Source of the DNA: Paraspadella gotoi
Taxonomy: Eukaryota; Animalia; Chaetognatha
Direction: 5' to 3'
Length of the DNA stretch: 64,000 bases
Assembly (NCBI GenBank): GCA_051294375.1
Contig: CM119263.1
Location: forward strand, 28,367,940 to 28,431,939
The position numbers and the translations under genes were made by a program. How positions within the stretch are numbered: position 1 is the stretch's first letter; every line of letters starts with the position of its first letter. The notes beneath the pieces were generated by a model that ran no database searches, had not been told where the DNA came from, and saw nothing but the letters and a program-made list of their open reading frames with translations. Positions 1-11,132 of the stretch are shown here, piece by piece.

Positions 1-573
1 AACAATTAGTGTTGCTGCACAGTACCAGTACTTGTACACATGCAGTCGCCATGCACACTCGCACTCGTTCCAGGGGATGATTTCACTCACCGGGTGAGAC
101 AGCGATGAGGTCCTACGGGGGGAATAGTGGACACAGACGCTCTGCACACGGCGATCGAGTTGGCAGACGGAACCATATGGAGTAAGACCGTCGGCGAGAG
201 GAGTAACGGCGCCGTTGGGAGAATCAGCGGGAGAGACGTCCGGCATGGTGTAAGGAGTCCAATTAAAAATTTGATAAAAAACTGGGAACAAAAACATGAG
301 AAAAAGGAAACAAAGAAAAAACGAAAAGGGCGAAAACGAAGGAAGAAAAGGTCGATGGGGAGAGGGGGGGACACAAGGGACGAATGTTCTGAGGGAGCGA
401 GTGCAACAACGAGTGAAGGAGTCAACCGTGAGACGGGATGATTTCACTCAGCTGGTAAGACAGCGAGGAGGTCCTGCAGGGGGAATAGAAGAATAAGTAA
501 TGAGGGATAGATAAGTTAAAGGTAAGTGAAATGATAAGATAAGAAAGAGCTCAAAATGAGCTGTGGGGGCGTT

Positions 574-604
574 ACTCGCAAAAACATGAGAGTCGAAACA
601 TGTC
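574..604 (+). ncRNA. Truncated hammerhead remnant (helix II + GAAACATGTC, CUGAUGA core missing)
   Basis: ACTC-gcaaaaacatga-GAGT-C-GAAACATGTC. It is preceded by an inverted fragment of the same pLTR family (486-565). Confidence 0.5.
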
Positions 605-1178
605 CGAATTAATAAATTCACTCGATGTTATAACGAAATTTTCCATTTCTCTATAAACTCTCCCAATTGACAAAAAAGAAAGTTCAAATACAATGTCAGC
701 TAACTTTTAATGAAATATAAAATTTAAAAATAAACTTACCACATTATTTTCATAGTTCTTTATTTTTTTTAATATTAGTATTTTATATACATTAAAAATC
801 GTCATCTCCGACATGAAAGATAAAATTAGACAAAAAAAAATGGTCATCACCATCGAATTCTTCAGACCTTATTACAGTAAAATGAATAGAGTTAATATCT
901 TATATTTTGTTATCTTAAAAAGCTCGACTCCTTAAGCTTCACCACCCTAACCCTAAACCTCCCATAACCCTAAAATCCCGCTGACCCAAGTCGGCTAATG
1001 TAAAAATAAGCAGCTTTGGCCTTTTGTAAATTTCAAATTTTGTTAATTTTAACTTTTTCTTATAAAACTTTAAAAATTTAAATGAAATCTGTTAATATCA
1101 GTTTTAAAGAAATGATTATAAGTTGGTTTAAAAGAAAAAAGTTGAAACACAATTTTTTCCTCTTCAACCCAATCAAAG

Positions 1179-4100
1179 GCGAAACTTCGTGGGCTCCGCG
1201 TCGTTCGACCGACTATAGTATTTCCTCCTCTGCATCCCGATTCGCCGTACAAGGTATCATAAATATTAGTATTAATTAATATTTCTTAACGGAGAAATTT
1301 ATTACACATAATTACATAATACTTACACATTCATCTTTTTAATTATTATATATAAAAGCCAAATGTTCTTTTTTTATGTACGTAACTAAAATAACAAAAT
1401 GCATTTGTACAACTCTTCTTGTTTGGTTCCTTTTTGTCCGCTGAACAGTGAACACGCTTGTATCTTTAAAATCCCAATAAGTTGAATGGAAATGAACTCA
1501 CTAACGCCAGAAAGTGATAGAGTTCAATCGCTGTTTGGCTCGAATTTTAACATAAAAGATTTAGAGATGAAACGAAAAATTCGTTGTAATAGCAATTTTT
1601 ATTTTTATTATTTGGTAAAAAAAAATACAATGTTTCGACTCTTAGTGTTTACGAGTCTTCATCAGCAAGTGAATTCAATAGACCAAATTTTTTAAAAACA
1701 TTAGTTTGAGAGAGAGGAGAAAGAAGAGAAAGAGAGTTTCCAACAAAGAATTGAGCAAGGATAGTGGTCAGATGTGAGGACAGGTGAAAGTAGGGAAAGA
1801 GAGAGCAAATGATTTTTGAAATGGTGAAAAGAAAGAGAAAGAGAGAGAGAGAGAGACAGGGATCAATACATTAGCAATGTACAAAGTTAAAAATTTTAGA
1901 AAAAACTAAATATTTAACAAAAGTAATAATAAATTAATTGTTAGCTGATGATTGTTAGTAAGAAAAATGAAATAGAAGAATAAGTGATGAGGATAGATAA
2001 GTTAAAGATAAGTGAAATAGTAAGGTAAGAAAGAGCTGGGGGGGCGCCAGCTCATTTTTGAGCTCTTTTCTTACCTTTACTATTTTACTTATCTTTAACT
2101 TATCTATCCCTCATCACTTATTCTTCTATTTCATTTTCTCTTACTAACAATCATCAGCTAACAATTAATTTATTATTACTTTTGTTAAATATTTAGTTTT
2201 TTTCTAAAATTTTTCACTTGTTGTACATTGCCTAATGTATTGATCCCTGTCTCCTCTCTCTCTCTCTCTCTTTCTCTTTCTTTCCACCAATTTCAAAATC
2301 ATTTGCTCTCTCTTTCCCTACTTTCACCTGTCCTCACATCTGACCACTATCCTTGCTCATTTCTTTGTTGGAAACTCTCTCTTTCTCTCTTTCTCTCTAA
2401 ACTAATGTTTTTAAAAATTTGGTCTATTGAATTCACTTGCTGATGAAGACTCGTAACACTAAGATAGGGGGAGACTAACTCAATAAGGTGGTTAAGAAAT
2501 TGAATTAAGCACCTCCTCAAACGAAAATTTTAGACATTTTAAAAATTTGAATTGACAAATTTTTTATATTACTCCATACTCCATATATTAATTTTTAATA
2601 TTTATTTATAATAGAAGGCTAAAATTTTTTTTTGGATTTTTTGATTTTTAAGATCAGATTCACGTAGCTTGCAAAAAGTTGTCTACACAAAGTATAATTC
2701 TTTTTCGATATTTTGATCATAAGTATGTGAAAATATGAAATACTATTTATAATCATCATCATCATCATTTTTCAATAATTTTATTACTTTTTCTTAATTT
2801 TGACCAGAAAGAAACATAAATTTTTTTTGAAAGTTGTAGTTAAATTTTTTATTTAACTTTTTATGCTCTATCAGAATCCATCAAAAGTTAAGATTGATTA
2901 AAAAAAATTTTATCATTATTATGTAATATTGTAATTTTAATAGCAACAATAAAAGCATTAAAATCGAACTTTTTTAAAAAATTCTTTTTTTACCTAAAAG
3001 TAGACTTCAAGACTAAAGTTTTGAACCCCCGCCCCTATTGAATTTAATTTCATAGTAGATTTCTAACTAAGAGTCGAAACATGTACAATAATAAAAATAA
3101 AAATTGCTATTACAACAGAATTTTTCGTTATAATCTCTAAACTATTTTAAATAGCAAAAAAGAAAGTCAAAATACAACATAAAAGATAAATTAAATTTTA
3201 ATTATTCTTTTCACAGAAATGTTTAAATCTTTATATTTTAGTTAAATTAATTATATATTTCTTGAGTATTTGTTAAAATTTAATTTTTTTTAATAAATTT
3301 ATTACAAAATTTACATGAATCTACACGGTTCTTTTTATAGGAGGAAAAAGAAAATCTAAATATACCATTTCTGGAAAAGATGAAAAACCTGAAAGGTTGC
3401 TGTCAGGACAAGAGCTTGGGCTAAATCGAAAAATTATTTCAAACTCATTTTTTTTAATTGCATTTGAAGTTGGTAAGTTAATTTTTGAGAAAATTTGATG
3501 ACTTTTGTACTAATTTTGCAAAATATAGACTCAATTCAAACATCTATATGTCAAACGATATCAGTAAACCGAGAGCTTATATTTAAGACCACTCCCAGCT
3601 TTCTGCGACTTTTGGCTAAAAAGTTATTAATCAAAATATGTTATTTTTTCTTTAAAAAAGTAATGAAATGGTGAATATTATTGAGAATATAATAAGACTT
3701 TAATCTAAAATAATTGAGGATACCTACGAGTGCTATAGACATTTTTTTTTCAATTAATTCATAAATAAAATTTTTCTTCAAGCTTAAATATAGGCACATC
3801 ATCCCCCCAAAAAATTGAAAAAATATTAATTAAAATTTTTAATAATTTACCATAATGATATGATATAATTTTACTCAATATATATGGACTAGAAACTATA
3901 GGATGTGACCTTCATTTTGAGCCTATTGCCAACTCTTTATGATAAATATTTATTGAGATACTACCAAAAAAGCCCTAAAAATCTTTAAAAAATATAATTT
4001 TTAATTTATTTAAGTCATTTTTCAGTTCATATATGACTTATTTTAAGTCAAATGATTTTATTCAGCAGATTAAAGAGTAAGGCACATATAAAATACAATT

Positions 4101-7100
4101 AGTAGTATTATTTTATAATAATTTAATCAGGACAATTAATTTTCAGCCAATTTTTACCAAAATTACAACTTTTAATTTTTACAGCAACAAAGGACTAAAA
4201 AAAGTAAAAAATTTTTGATGATAAAATCTGTAAGCCAAAAGACCTTAGAATGTATCATATAGGATTAAAAAATTTTCTTATAAAGATTTAAAAATAAAAA
4301 AATTATATATATAAATTAAAGATTGAAGAAAAATAATGATATTACAGTTAGTTTTATATTATTGATCATGATTCTATGTTAGAAAAGATAGCCATCTTTT
4401 TTAACCACTAATTATTAAAAGTTTTAGTTACTTAAAAGAGTAAGTAATTTTTTTTAAAAAAATTTATATTATAAAAACTCTCTTCCTTATAAAAAAATCG
4501 ATAATTTGGTAAGAAATAAACAAGTTTGAGCAAACAATGTCGGATCTGCCTACGAAAAATAATTAATTAATTAATCGATTAATTAATTAATTAATTATAA
4601 TATTTAATTATAAATTTATATACAGCTTATCATCATCAATGTCCTTAAAATGAAGTAAATGTGACTTATATTTTTCCATTTAAACTCATTTCCACTGGCA
4701 CAATTCCGTCAAAACTTTATATCTAGCTTCTTCACAAACTTTCCTTCCCACTCACAAAATTTCATCTCAATCTATTATGGGTAAATAAGTAAAAAGAGTC
4801 AAGTAAATGTGACTCATATTTTTTTCATTTAAACTCATTTCCACTTGTACCGAAACTTTATATCAAGCTTCGTCACACATTTTCCTACCCCCACACAAAA
4901 TTGAACTCAATCTATCCATCCAATTATGATTAATTAGAGTATTTATTTGTTAAAATGTGGATAAGGCGCTAAGTGGGCTGAAGATGACTATCCGTAACTT
5001 CTATAACCCCCTTTAGTAGCCATGGAACGGGTCCTGGGCTTGGAACCAGGCTTGAGGGGTTGCCACGCCCCAAGGCGGCTTACGGCCGTCCTCACGCTTC
5101 CCACAGGGTAGGTACTGGGTTGGGATTGAACCCGGTACCTAGTGGTCATGAGCTGATGGCTTTACTCAATGAGCCACCGGGTCAGGACTGAAGGTGTCAT
5201 GCTTATAGGCGGGGTGAACCTAGGCAATGCCCGACTACATGCCCCCCAGATTGTAACCCACCCTGCACTGCTTCCAGTGGAGGGAGGGAGCAATCTTCAG
5301 CACGTCCATGGGCCTGGAATCAGAAGGTTGGAATACGCTCGACAGGATGGGCTCACCAGTGTGGATAAGGCGCTAAGTGGGCTGAAGATGACTATCCGTA
5401 ACTTCTATAACCCCCTTTAGTAGCCATGGAACGGGTCCTGGGCTTGGAACCAGGCTTGAGGGGTTGCCACGCCCCCAAGGCGGCTTACGGCCGTCCTCAC
5501 GCTTCCCACAGGGTAGGTACTGGGTTGGGATTGAACCGGTACCTAGTGGTCATGAGCTGATGGCTTTACTCAATGAGCCACCGGGTCAGGACTGAAGGTG
5601 TCATGCTTATAGCGGGGTGAACCTAGGCAATGCCCGACTACAAAAATAAGTAAAAAGATTTTAGTAAATGCGACTTAAGGTTTTTCTATTTAAACTCATA
5701 TCCACTCACACGATTCCGTTGAAACTTTATATCCAGCTTCATCACACATGTTCCTACCCATACACAAAATTTCATTCCGATCCAACCAGCCAATCACGAG
5801 TTATTGGGGCTTTTTGCTAAGGTGGACGGATGGATGGATTGATTGACTGATTAATTAATTATTGATTAATTAATTGGCTAATTGATTAATTAACTGATTA
5901 ATTATTTGATTTATTATTACATCCTGCATATACATTTAATATAAAAGGAAAAAAATCATAATCAATTAGTGTAACAGGTTTTTTGTTTTTTTCCATTTAA
6001 ACTCATTTCCACTCAAACGATTCCATCGAAACTTGGTTTCCTGTTCAATCACACACTTTCCTACTCACATACAAAATTCCAGGTCAATCGCCCCATCCAC
6101 TCGTGAGCAATTGGTGTTCAAATCGTGAATTATATTTTTTTGTTTTTCCATTTAAACTCATTTCAACTTGGACGATTCCATCGAAACTTTATATCCAGCT
6201 CAATCCCACAATTCCCTACCCACACACAAAATTTCATTCAAATCCATCCATCCAATCACGAGTAATTGGTGTTTTTTGCTAAGGTAGATGGACGGACAGA
6301 CGGACGGACATCAATTTTTTTGCATAATTTATCATAATTCGATGTTCTGACATGATATAAGTTAGTGCCCGACAATATTAAGGGGGCTAACCGACGGACC
6401 GACAAAGTGAATTATATAGTCGGGATCTGCTGATATGCAGATCCGACTAAAAAAAATTTTCACTTAGCCTAAGCTCTTATCCTGACAGTAAGGTTTCAGA
6501 TATTCATCATTTCAGAAATGGTATATTTAGATTTTCTTTTTCCTCTTATAAACCGTGTCTATAGTTGTGCTATTTTATGATAACTTTATATACTTTAAAA
6601 ATCGTCATTTCCGACAAGAAAGATAAAATTATACAAAAAAATTGTCATCACCATCTAATTCTACAGACTTGCATATACTAAAATAGCTATGTACCTTATT
6701 CAATTTGTTATACTTTGTTATTTTTAAACTCCCTAACACTGAATCTACACTGAATTTGAAGAGTTGCAGCCTAAACGACTGCAATAATATTGATTTAAAA
6801 ATTTGATTAGCAATCTTAAAAACATTTGTAAAAATGTAGTTGAGAGTAATTTTAATAAACGCGTTCCAGTTAAAAAGAATTTAGGGTTCAAGTTTAAAAA
6901 CGTTTCATTTTCAAGGATACAAGTTGAAATTTAAAAATTTCTCTCTATTACATTTTTCTAATTCACTAATAAAAAATTCTTAAAAAATATCAGATAGATT
7001 GGCTTTTTTGTTTGACCTGCAACAGTGAGTCAAAGCAGAAACAGAGGCTATTTATAAAGGGTAAGTAGACGAAGCCAGATTCCTCTTCCGGAATCCTCTT

Positions 7101-7756
7101 CTTCCTCTTCTGGAACCTTCCTTTCTTCTTCCGGAAACTATTGTTCCTTTTCTGGATTTGGCTTCAAAAATCCCGTTCGAAATCATTCCAGAATCTTCTT
7201 CCTCTTCCGGAATTCTGTTTCCGGGTTTCATTCCTCTGTGATGCTAATATGTTATTAAATATTTTATTTTTAAATTTTTTTAGGTGAACACGTCATATTC
7301 ATGTATAGTAGGAAGGACTAAAATTGCTCTAAGGTATTTGTAGCATCGATTTAATAATAACGAGTTTGAGCAAACAACGTCGGTAATTATACGATATGAC
7401 TAAATATAGGTTAATTAAATTCACTTATATTATGTCAGAATATCGAATTATGATAAATTATGCAAAAAAACGATGTCCGTCCATCCGTCTGTCTGTTCGT
7501 CTGTCTTCGTCCATCCGTCTCACCTTAGCAAAAAACTATAATTGGAGTATAATGCTAAGTTTAATTTTCCACCAATAGTGAGATTAAAGTAAAATAAAGA
7601 ACAACCTTCCTCAGCCTCATCGAGAAAGAGTTGAGAGCTGCGGGCGGGATTGTCGTTCTCGACGCCGACGAGGAAGACGCCCAGCGAGCCTCCCTCTTCC
7701 TGGTGGAATACCTTCAATCCGCCTTCAATTTTGTCACTCTGGATGACTGCTTTTGA
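1179..7756 (+). CDS. 3' part of a putative NodB/CE4 polysaccharide (chitin) deacetylase-like gene; candidate exons 1179-1253, ~7029-7060 and terminal 7615-7756 (5' exons not identified, probably upstream of the window)
   Basis: Terminal exon after TCAG acceptor has GC3-biased codons and reads LIEKELRAAGGIVVLDADEEDAQRASLFLVEYLQSAFNFVTLDDCF*. This matches the NodB C-terminal pattern G-x-I-x-L-x-HD ... L...F-V-T-L-x-x-C/L-stop. A micro-exon with strong GTAAGT donor at 7061 (..AETEAIYKG) joins in phase 2. The GC-rich island 1179-1253 is bounded by AAG/GT; its reading frame is ambiguous. Confidence 0.5.
1560..2463. mobile_element. Penelope-like element (PLE) pseudo-LTRs in inverted orientation; ~400-bp-arm palindrome centred near 2045
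   Basis: ~1640-2037 is the near-exact reverse complement of ~2050-2463; each arm ends in a minimal hammerhead motif. Related fragments at ~486-900, ~3066-3320 plus ~6560-6700, and probably ~29460. No RT/GIY-YIG ORF seen. Confidence 0.65.
1626..1668 (-). ncRNA. Minimal type I hammerhead ribozyme
   Basis: Minus strand: TTG-CTGATGA-A-GACTC-gtaaacactaa-GAGTC-GAAAC-att-GTA. Shows the CUGAUGA core, 5-bp helix II, GAAAC and a GUA cleavage triplet. Helix III/I 3' side is slightly degenerate in this copy. Confidence 0.7.
2437..3088 (+). ncRNA. Minimal type I hammerhead ribozyme split by a ~600-bp insertion in loop II
   Basis: 5' half TTG-CTGATGA-A-GACTC at 2437-2452; 3' half GAGTC-GAAAC-AT-GTA-CAA at 3071-3088. 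The halves are contiguous in the 1626-1668 copy. Confidence 0.65.
2464..3065. mobile_element. Non-autonomous DNA transposon/MITE-like insertion
   Basis: Flanked by direct repeat ACTAAG (2458-2463 and 3066-3071); short inverted ends ATAGGGG (2464) and CCCCTAT (3032-3038). Confidence 0.55.
4956..5642 (-). mobile_element. TRIM (terminal-repeat retrotransposon in miniature), 687 bp
   Basis: Two near-identical TG...CA repeats (4956-5239, 5360-5642) flank a 120-bp non-coding internal region. On the minus strand a PBS-like TGGTGAGCCCATCC lies 1 nt after the 5' LTR and a PPT-like GGGGGGCA precedes the 3' LTR. 4-bp AAAA flanks both ends. Confidence 0.85.
5112..5183 (-). promoter_or_regulatory. tRNA-derived Pol III internal promoter (A box/B box) inside TRIM LTR; second copy ~5516-5587
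   Basis: Minus strand GACCCGG-TGGCTCATTGAG (A box)-...-GGTTCAATCC (B box) with tRNA-like spacing and partial D- and T-stems. Not a functional cloverleaf. Confidence 0.6.
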
Positions 7757-8769
7757 GTTTATTAAGGGGAAGGTGAAGACAACGTTGCGTGACGCGAAAT
7801 GCATCTGTTATTTGTGTGTTTACTTGTTTGCTTTTGAAAAAACGGTAAAACAATTCAATAATCAGTAAATTTTTTTAGTCGTCCATATAAATAGCCAAAA
7901 TAAGGAAGAGAGAGAATCTTCAGAATCGGTAATAAAGAGAGATAATGAAAGTAGGATCGACCGCAAAACCCGTACACATTGACACTGGCGTGTTTATGAA
8001 AATAGAAAATCATTTTATCCAGCGTGAGTTTGAGGGATTGTAACGCAACTATCCAAGTATTTTGATGTGTAGTAATTTTCTTTCACTCATTTTCTTCTTA
8101 CTAATCTCTCTCTTCTCATTTTACTCAATCAAAATCTTCCCACTGTTTGTTCTCTTCTTTCCTTATCTTCCCCTTCTCTCATTTTTTCCATTTTCGCCTC
8201 TGGGAGACTTTTTTAAATTTCTCCCTAAAACGGATCATGTTCTTCCGTCCCTAAGATCCAAATTTTATGGCTTCACTTTATTACTTTTATAGAAAGAAGT
8301 AAATCGAGAAAACTTCTGGGCTCAGGAATGGGGGACGTGGGGTAAGGAAGGGGCAAAGTGGAAATGAAGATTTATCGTCGACTTAAGTGTTGTCTTCGTC
8401 TTCGAATATTAGAGTTGGGGGTCGAAAGTTTTTGTCATTTGAACAAAGGGATCGATCATATTCAATATATTTTTCTTGAGAAGTGCTTGTAATTTTTTTG
8501 GGCTGTTGAGATTAAGATAAATAAAAATATTTAGATAAAAGAAAAAAAAGAAAAATAATAAAACCACTTAAATTGCAGAAATATTTTAAGATCTAAAAAA
8601 AAACTTTCGTTTTTCTTAATAAGAAATTTGTTGCATTCTTTAACAATTTCACTGTTTTGCTTTTCGAAAATTTTAATTTCTCTCTTTCTTAACTTCAACC
8701 TCACCCAGTCCTCATCTCGTCCTTACCCTCCGTCTCTTCCTCCGCCAGGAGTGAACCTCGCTGAGTTTG

Positions 8770-9127
8770 AAAGGAAAAGTTCACTTTTTAGTCTCGAGGT
8801 CACGGGTTCGATTCCGACCACGTGAAAAATCTGAAACTCACGGAATGGGATTTCCCGTCCGACAGATTGTTTACTTTTGGGAAATAAACAAATAAAATAA
8901 ACCACAAATATTATGTTTCTTTACGGAAGGTGGGACGACTAGGACGTCGGCCAAGCGACAACAGACCGACAAAATCTGACCTTTGGGCGAAGATGCTTTT
9001 GTGATATACAATTCAAACAGTTATAAATATATTTTAGAACTACAATGGTATGAAATCGAAGTACATTGAGAGATAATCAACTAGAAAGTGTGAGAGTCTT
9101 GAATGAATGAATGAATGAATGAATGAA
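8770..9127 (+). mobile_element. Putative tRNA-derived SINE
   Basis: B box GGTCACGGGTTCGATTCC at ~8797-8815, GC-richer body and a (GAAT)n tail at 9101-9127; the A box is degenerate and boundaries are approximate. Confidence 0.4.
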
Positions 9128-9629
9128 CGGCTCAACTAACCATAGCTCGAAAAAATAAGGGGCAAGATAGCTTGAATGGATAGTTTTCATTGAGGTTCTA
9201 CCAATTTCATACAAATAAAACTGTTTTATGGACAACAAAATCCAGGGAAGGTTTAACTTCAGAAAGACGCCCATTAAACCCCTAATAAAAAACCTTCAGA
9301 AAAAAGAAAGCAAATTCTCCATATCTCCTCCCCCTCCCCAGACGGGAAAAGGAATGTATTAATTTGTGACGCTGAGGTTTTTCTTTCCTTATTTACACTC
9401 GAACCGGGTTGGCGCCATTTTTTTTCCTTTCTCTTTTTCCCCCTCTCGCCAACGATTAGCGGTTCCGCCTACCAACGCCGCCAAGCGGCTTTAGTTCCTC
9501 CTATTTTTCAGCCTCAGACAAAAGAACAACAAGCGGTTTGCCTTTGAAATTAATCATTGCTCTTTTTTTCTCCAAATCTTTGCTGGTTTCTTTTTAGGTT
9601 TTTTTTATTTCTATTCTGTTCCTCTGTCG

Positions 9630-9750
9630 TTTTTACCTTTTAAAACTTCCTTTTCTTTCTAAACTATCTCGCTCTCACTCGTTTTTACCTTTTAAAACTT
9701 CCTTTCCTTTCTAAACTATCTCGCTCTCACTCATTTTTACCTTTTAAAAC
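9630..9750. repeat. ~53-bp tandem repeat (about 2.3 copies)
   Basis: ttttaccttttaaaacttcctt(t/c)..ctaaactatctcgctctcactc repeated. Confidence 0.8.
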
Positions 9751-10984
9751 ATGATGAAACTGAGTTTTTTTTCTTTTTTTTTTATCGCTGGACGAAATTG
9801 GGTTCATAGAAAAACAAGAAAAATGATAAAAAATGATAAGAAACGAAGGAAAGAAAAAAAAAACGAAAAAATATTTTTAAAAATCCCGGACTTACTGTTC
9901 TTTTTTTTTCTTCTTTTTTCTTTTCGTTTTTCTCTTCTTTTCTTTTCTTTTGTTTTTTTCTTTTTTCTTTTCTTTTTTTCCTATTTTTCTTTTTTTTTCT
10001 TTCTTTTACTTATTTCCTTTTTTTTACCTTTTTTTTCTTTACTTCAACTTTTTATATACTTTTTTTTTCTTTTTGCAGAAACATACCGCCAGTACCGCCT
10101 CTCTCCTTTCTTTTTCATTTCTTTTTTTTTACTTAAAATATTTCTTAGAAATAAAATAACTTATCTTAAACCTTTCTTTTCATTATTTTTCCTGAATCAG
10201 AATCTTGTTTTCTTTTGGGAAAAATTCTTTTCTTCCGTAATTTTCTTTCACTTTTTCTTCCTTCTTTCTCTCCTTGCCTTATCTCCTTTTCCCCTTCCCT
10301 CCTTTCCTTTTTATTCTTCTCCTCCATTCCTGCCTCCCTCCTTTCCTCTCCCCCTTTACTTTATTTCCTTTCCTCCTTTCCTCCCTTCTCATCTCCCGCC
10401 TTCCCCTCTTCCCCACGTCCCCTCCCACCAGAATTCCCCCCCTTCTCTCAAGATTATTTTCCTCCTATTTTTCTTAGGTTGTTTTTCTTTTAGCTTCATT
10501 GTTTTCTCTTTTCCCGCGTCTTTTTTTTCGTTTTGTTTTGGTTTTCGTTTTCGTTTTTTTAAATTTTATTTTGTTTTGTTTATGTTTGTTTTCTCTCGTC
10601 ATCGTCTAACCCTCGACGTTTCACACGCGAAGGATTCATTCTTCTCTCACGCTGATAATTGCCTCGTGATCCTCGGGAGACCCTTTAAAGATTAACCCCC
10701 CCCCTCCCCTCCTCTTCACCCCCTCTCTCCCACACTCCTCCCCATAAGACGTAATAATCCCAGCTAGACGGGATATCCAAAGTCTGATGGGGGTAATCCC
10801 TCCCTCTGAGTCTGATGGAGGTAATCCTGATCAGACGGGAAACCAGATGAACTAATCCTTACGAAGCAAAAAAAAAAAAAAAAAAATCCTCCGCTCATCA
10901 TTTCCTCATAAAAGTTATAGCCATGTTTTTTTTTAGATTAAATTCAGAATTATGTTAGTTTTAAATTTAAAAATTAGGTCAGGA

Positions 10985-11132
10985 GTTAGGGTTATGGATT
11001 AGAATAAGAATTAGAGTTAGGGTTAGGGATTAGAATAAGAATTAGAGTTAGGGTTAGGGATTAGAATAAGAATTAGAGTTAGGGTAAGGGATTAGAATAA
11101 GAATTAGAGTTACGGTTATGGATTAGAATAAG
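10985..11132. repeat. ~31-bp minisatellite built from TTAGGG-like hexamers (about 4.5 copies)
   Basis: ggattagaataagaattagagttagggtta(g) units. Confidence 0.85.

Larger units (their letters stand above)
4517..6452. mobile_element. Helentron-associated non-autonomous (HINE/DINE-1-like) element with internal tandem subrepeats
   Basis: Starts aaacaagtttgagcaaacaatgtcgg; sub-terminal TGTCGG/CCGACA; (GGAC/AGAC)n microsatellite at ~6290; terminal hairpin agtcgggatctgc-tgatat-gcagatccgact-aaaa (6419-6452); repeated 'tttccatttaaactcatttccact..cacacaaaatttc' units. Related fragments at ~7360-7530, ~36000 and ~55700-55930. Confidence 0.55.
3324..6557. mobile_element. Non-autonomous TIR DNA element with ~100-bp terminal inverted repeats, containing nested insertions
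   Basis: 3324-3424 (cacggtt..ggaaaaagaaaatctaaatataccatttctg..gtcaggacaagagcttgggctaa) is the reverse complement of ~6464-6557. TA on the left flank only. It interrupts PLE-family sequence that is contiguous at ~590-900. Confidence 0.7.

Noticed and set aside
1-485. PLE coding remnant on the minus strand (PPVGPHRC, CMCTSTGTV) with a ~50-bp direct repeat at ~75 and ~436
   Set aside because: Similarity to the PLE linker region is too weak and interrupted by stops to support without a search.
944-975. Telomere (CCCTAA-like repeats; also 10985-11132)
   Set aside because: Short, degenerate and interstitial.
5112-5183. Functional tRNA-Met gene (CAT at the anticodon position)
   Set aside because: Acceptor and anticodon stems do not pair; treated as a tRNA-derived promoter module.
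7026-7060. In-frame TGA (selenocysteine) at the start of the micro-exon
   Set aside because: Alternative acceptors a few bases downstream avoid it; no SECIS recognised.
7520-7804. Minus-strand 94-aa ORF with CAG|ATG start
   Set aside because: More likely the antisense shadow of the plus-strand deacetylase-like exon, which has better codon bias and a recognisable motif.
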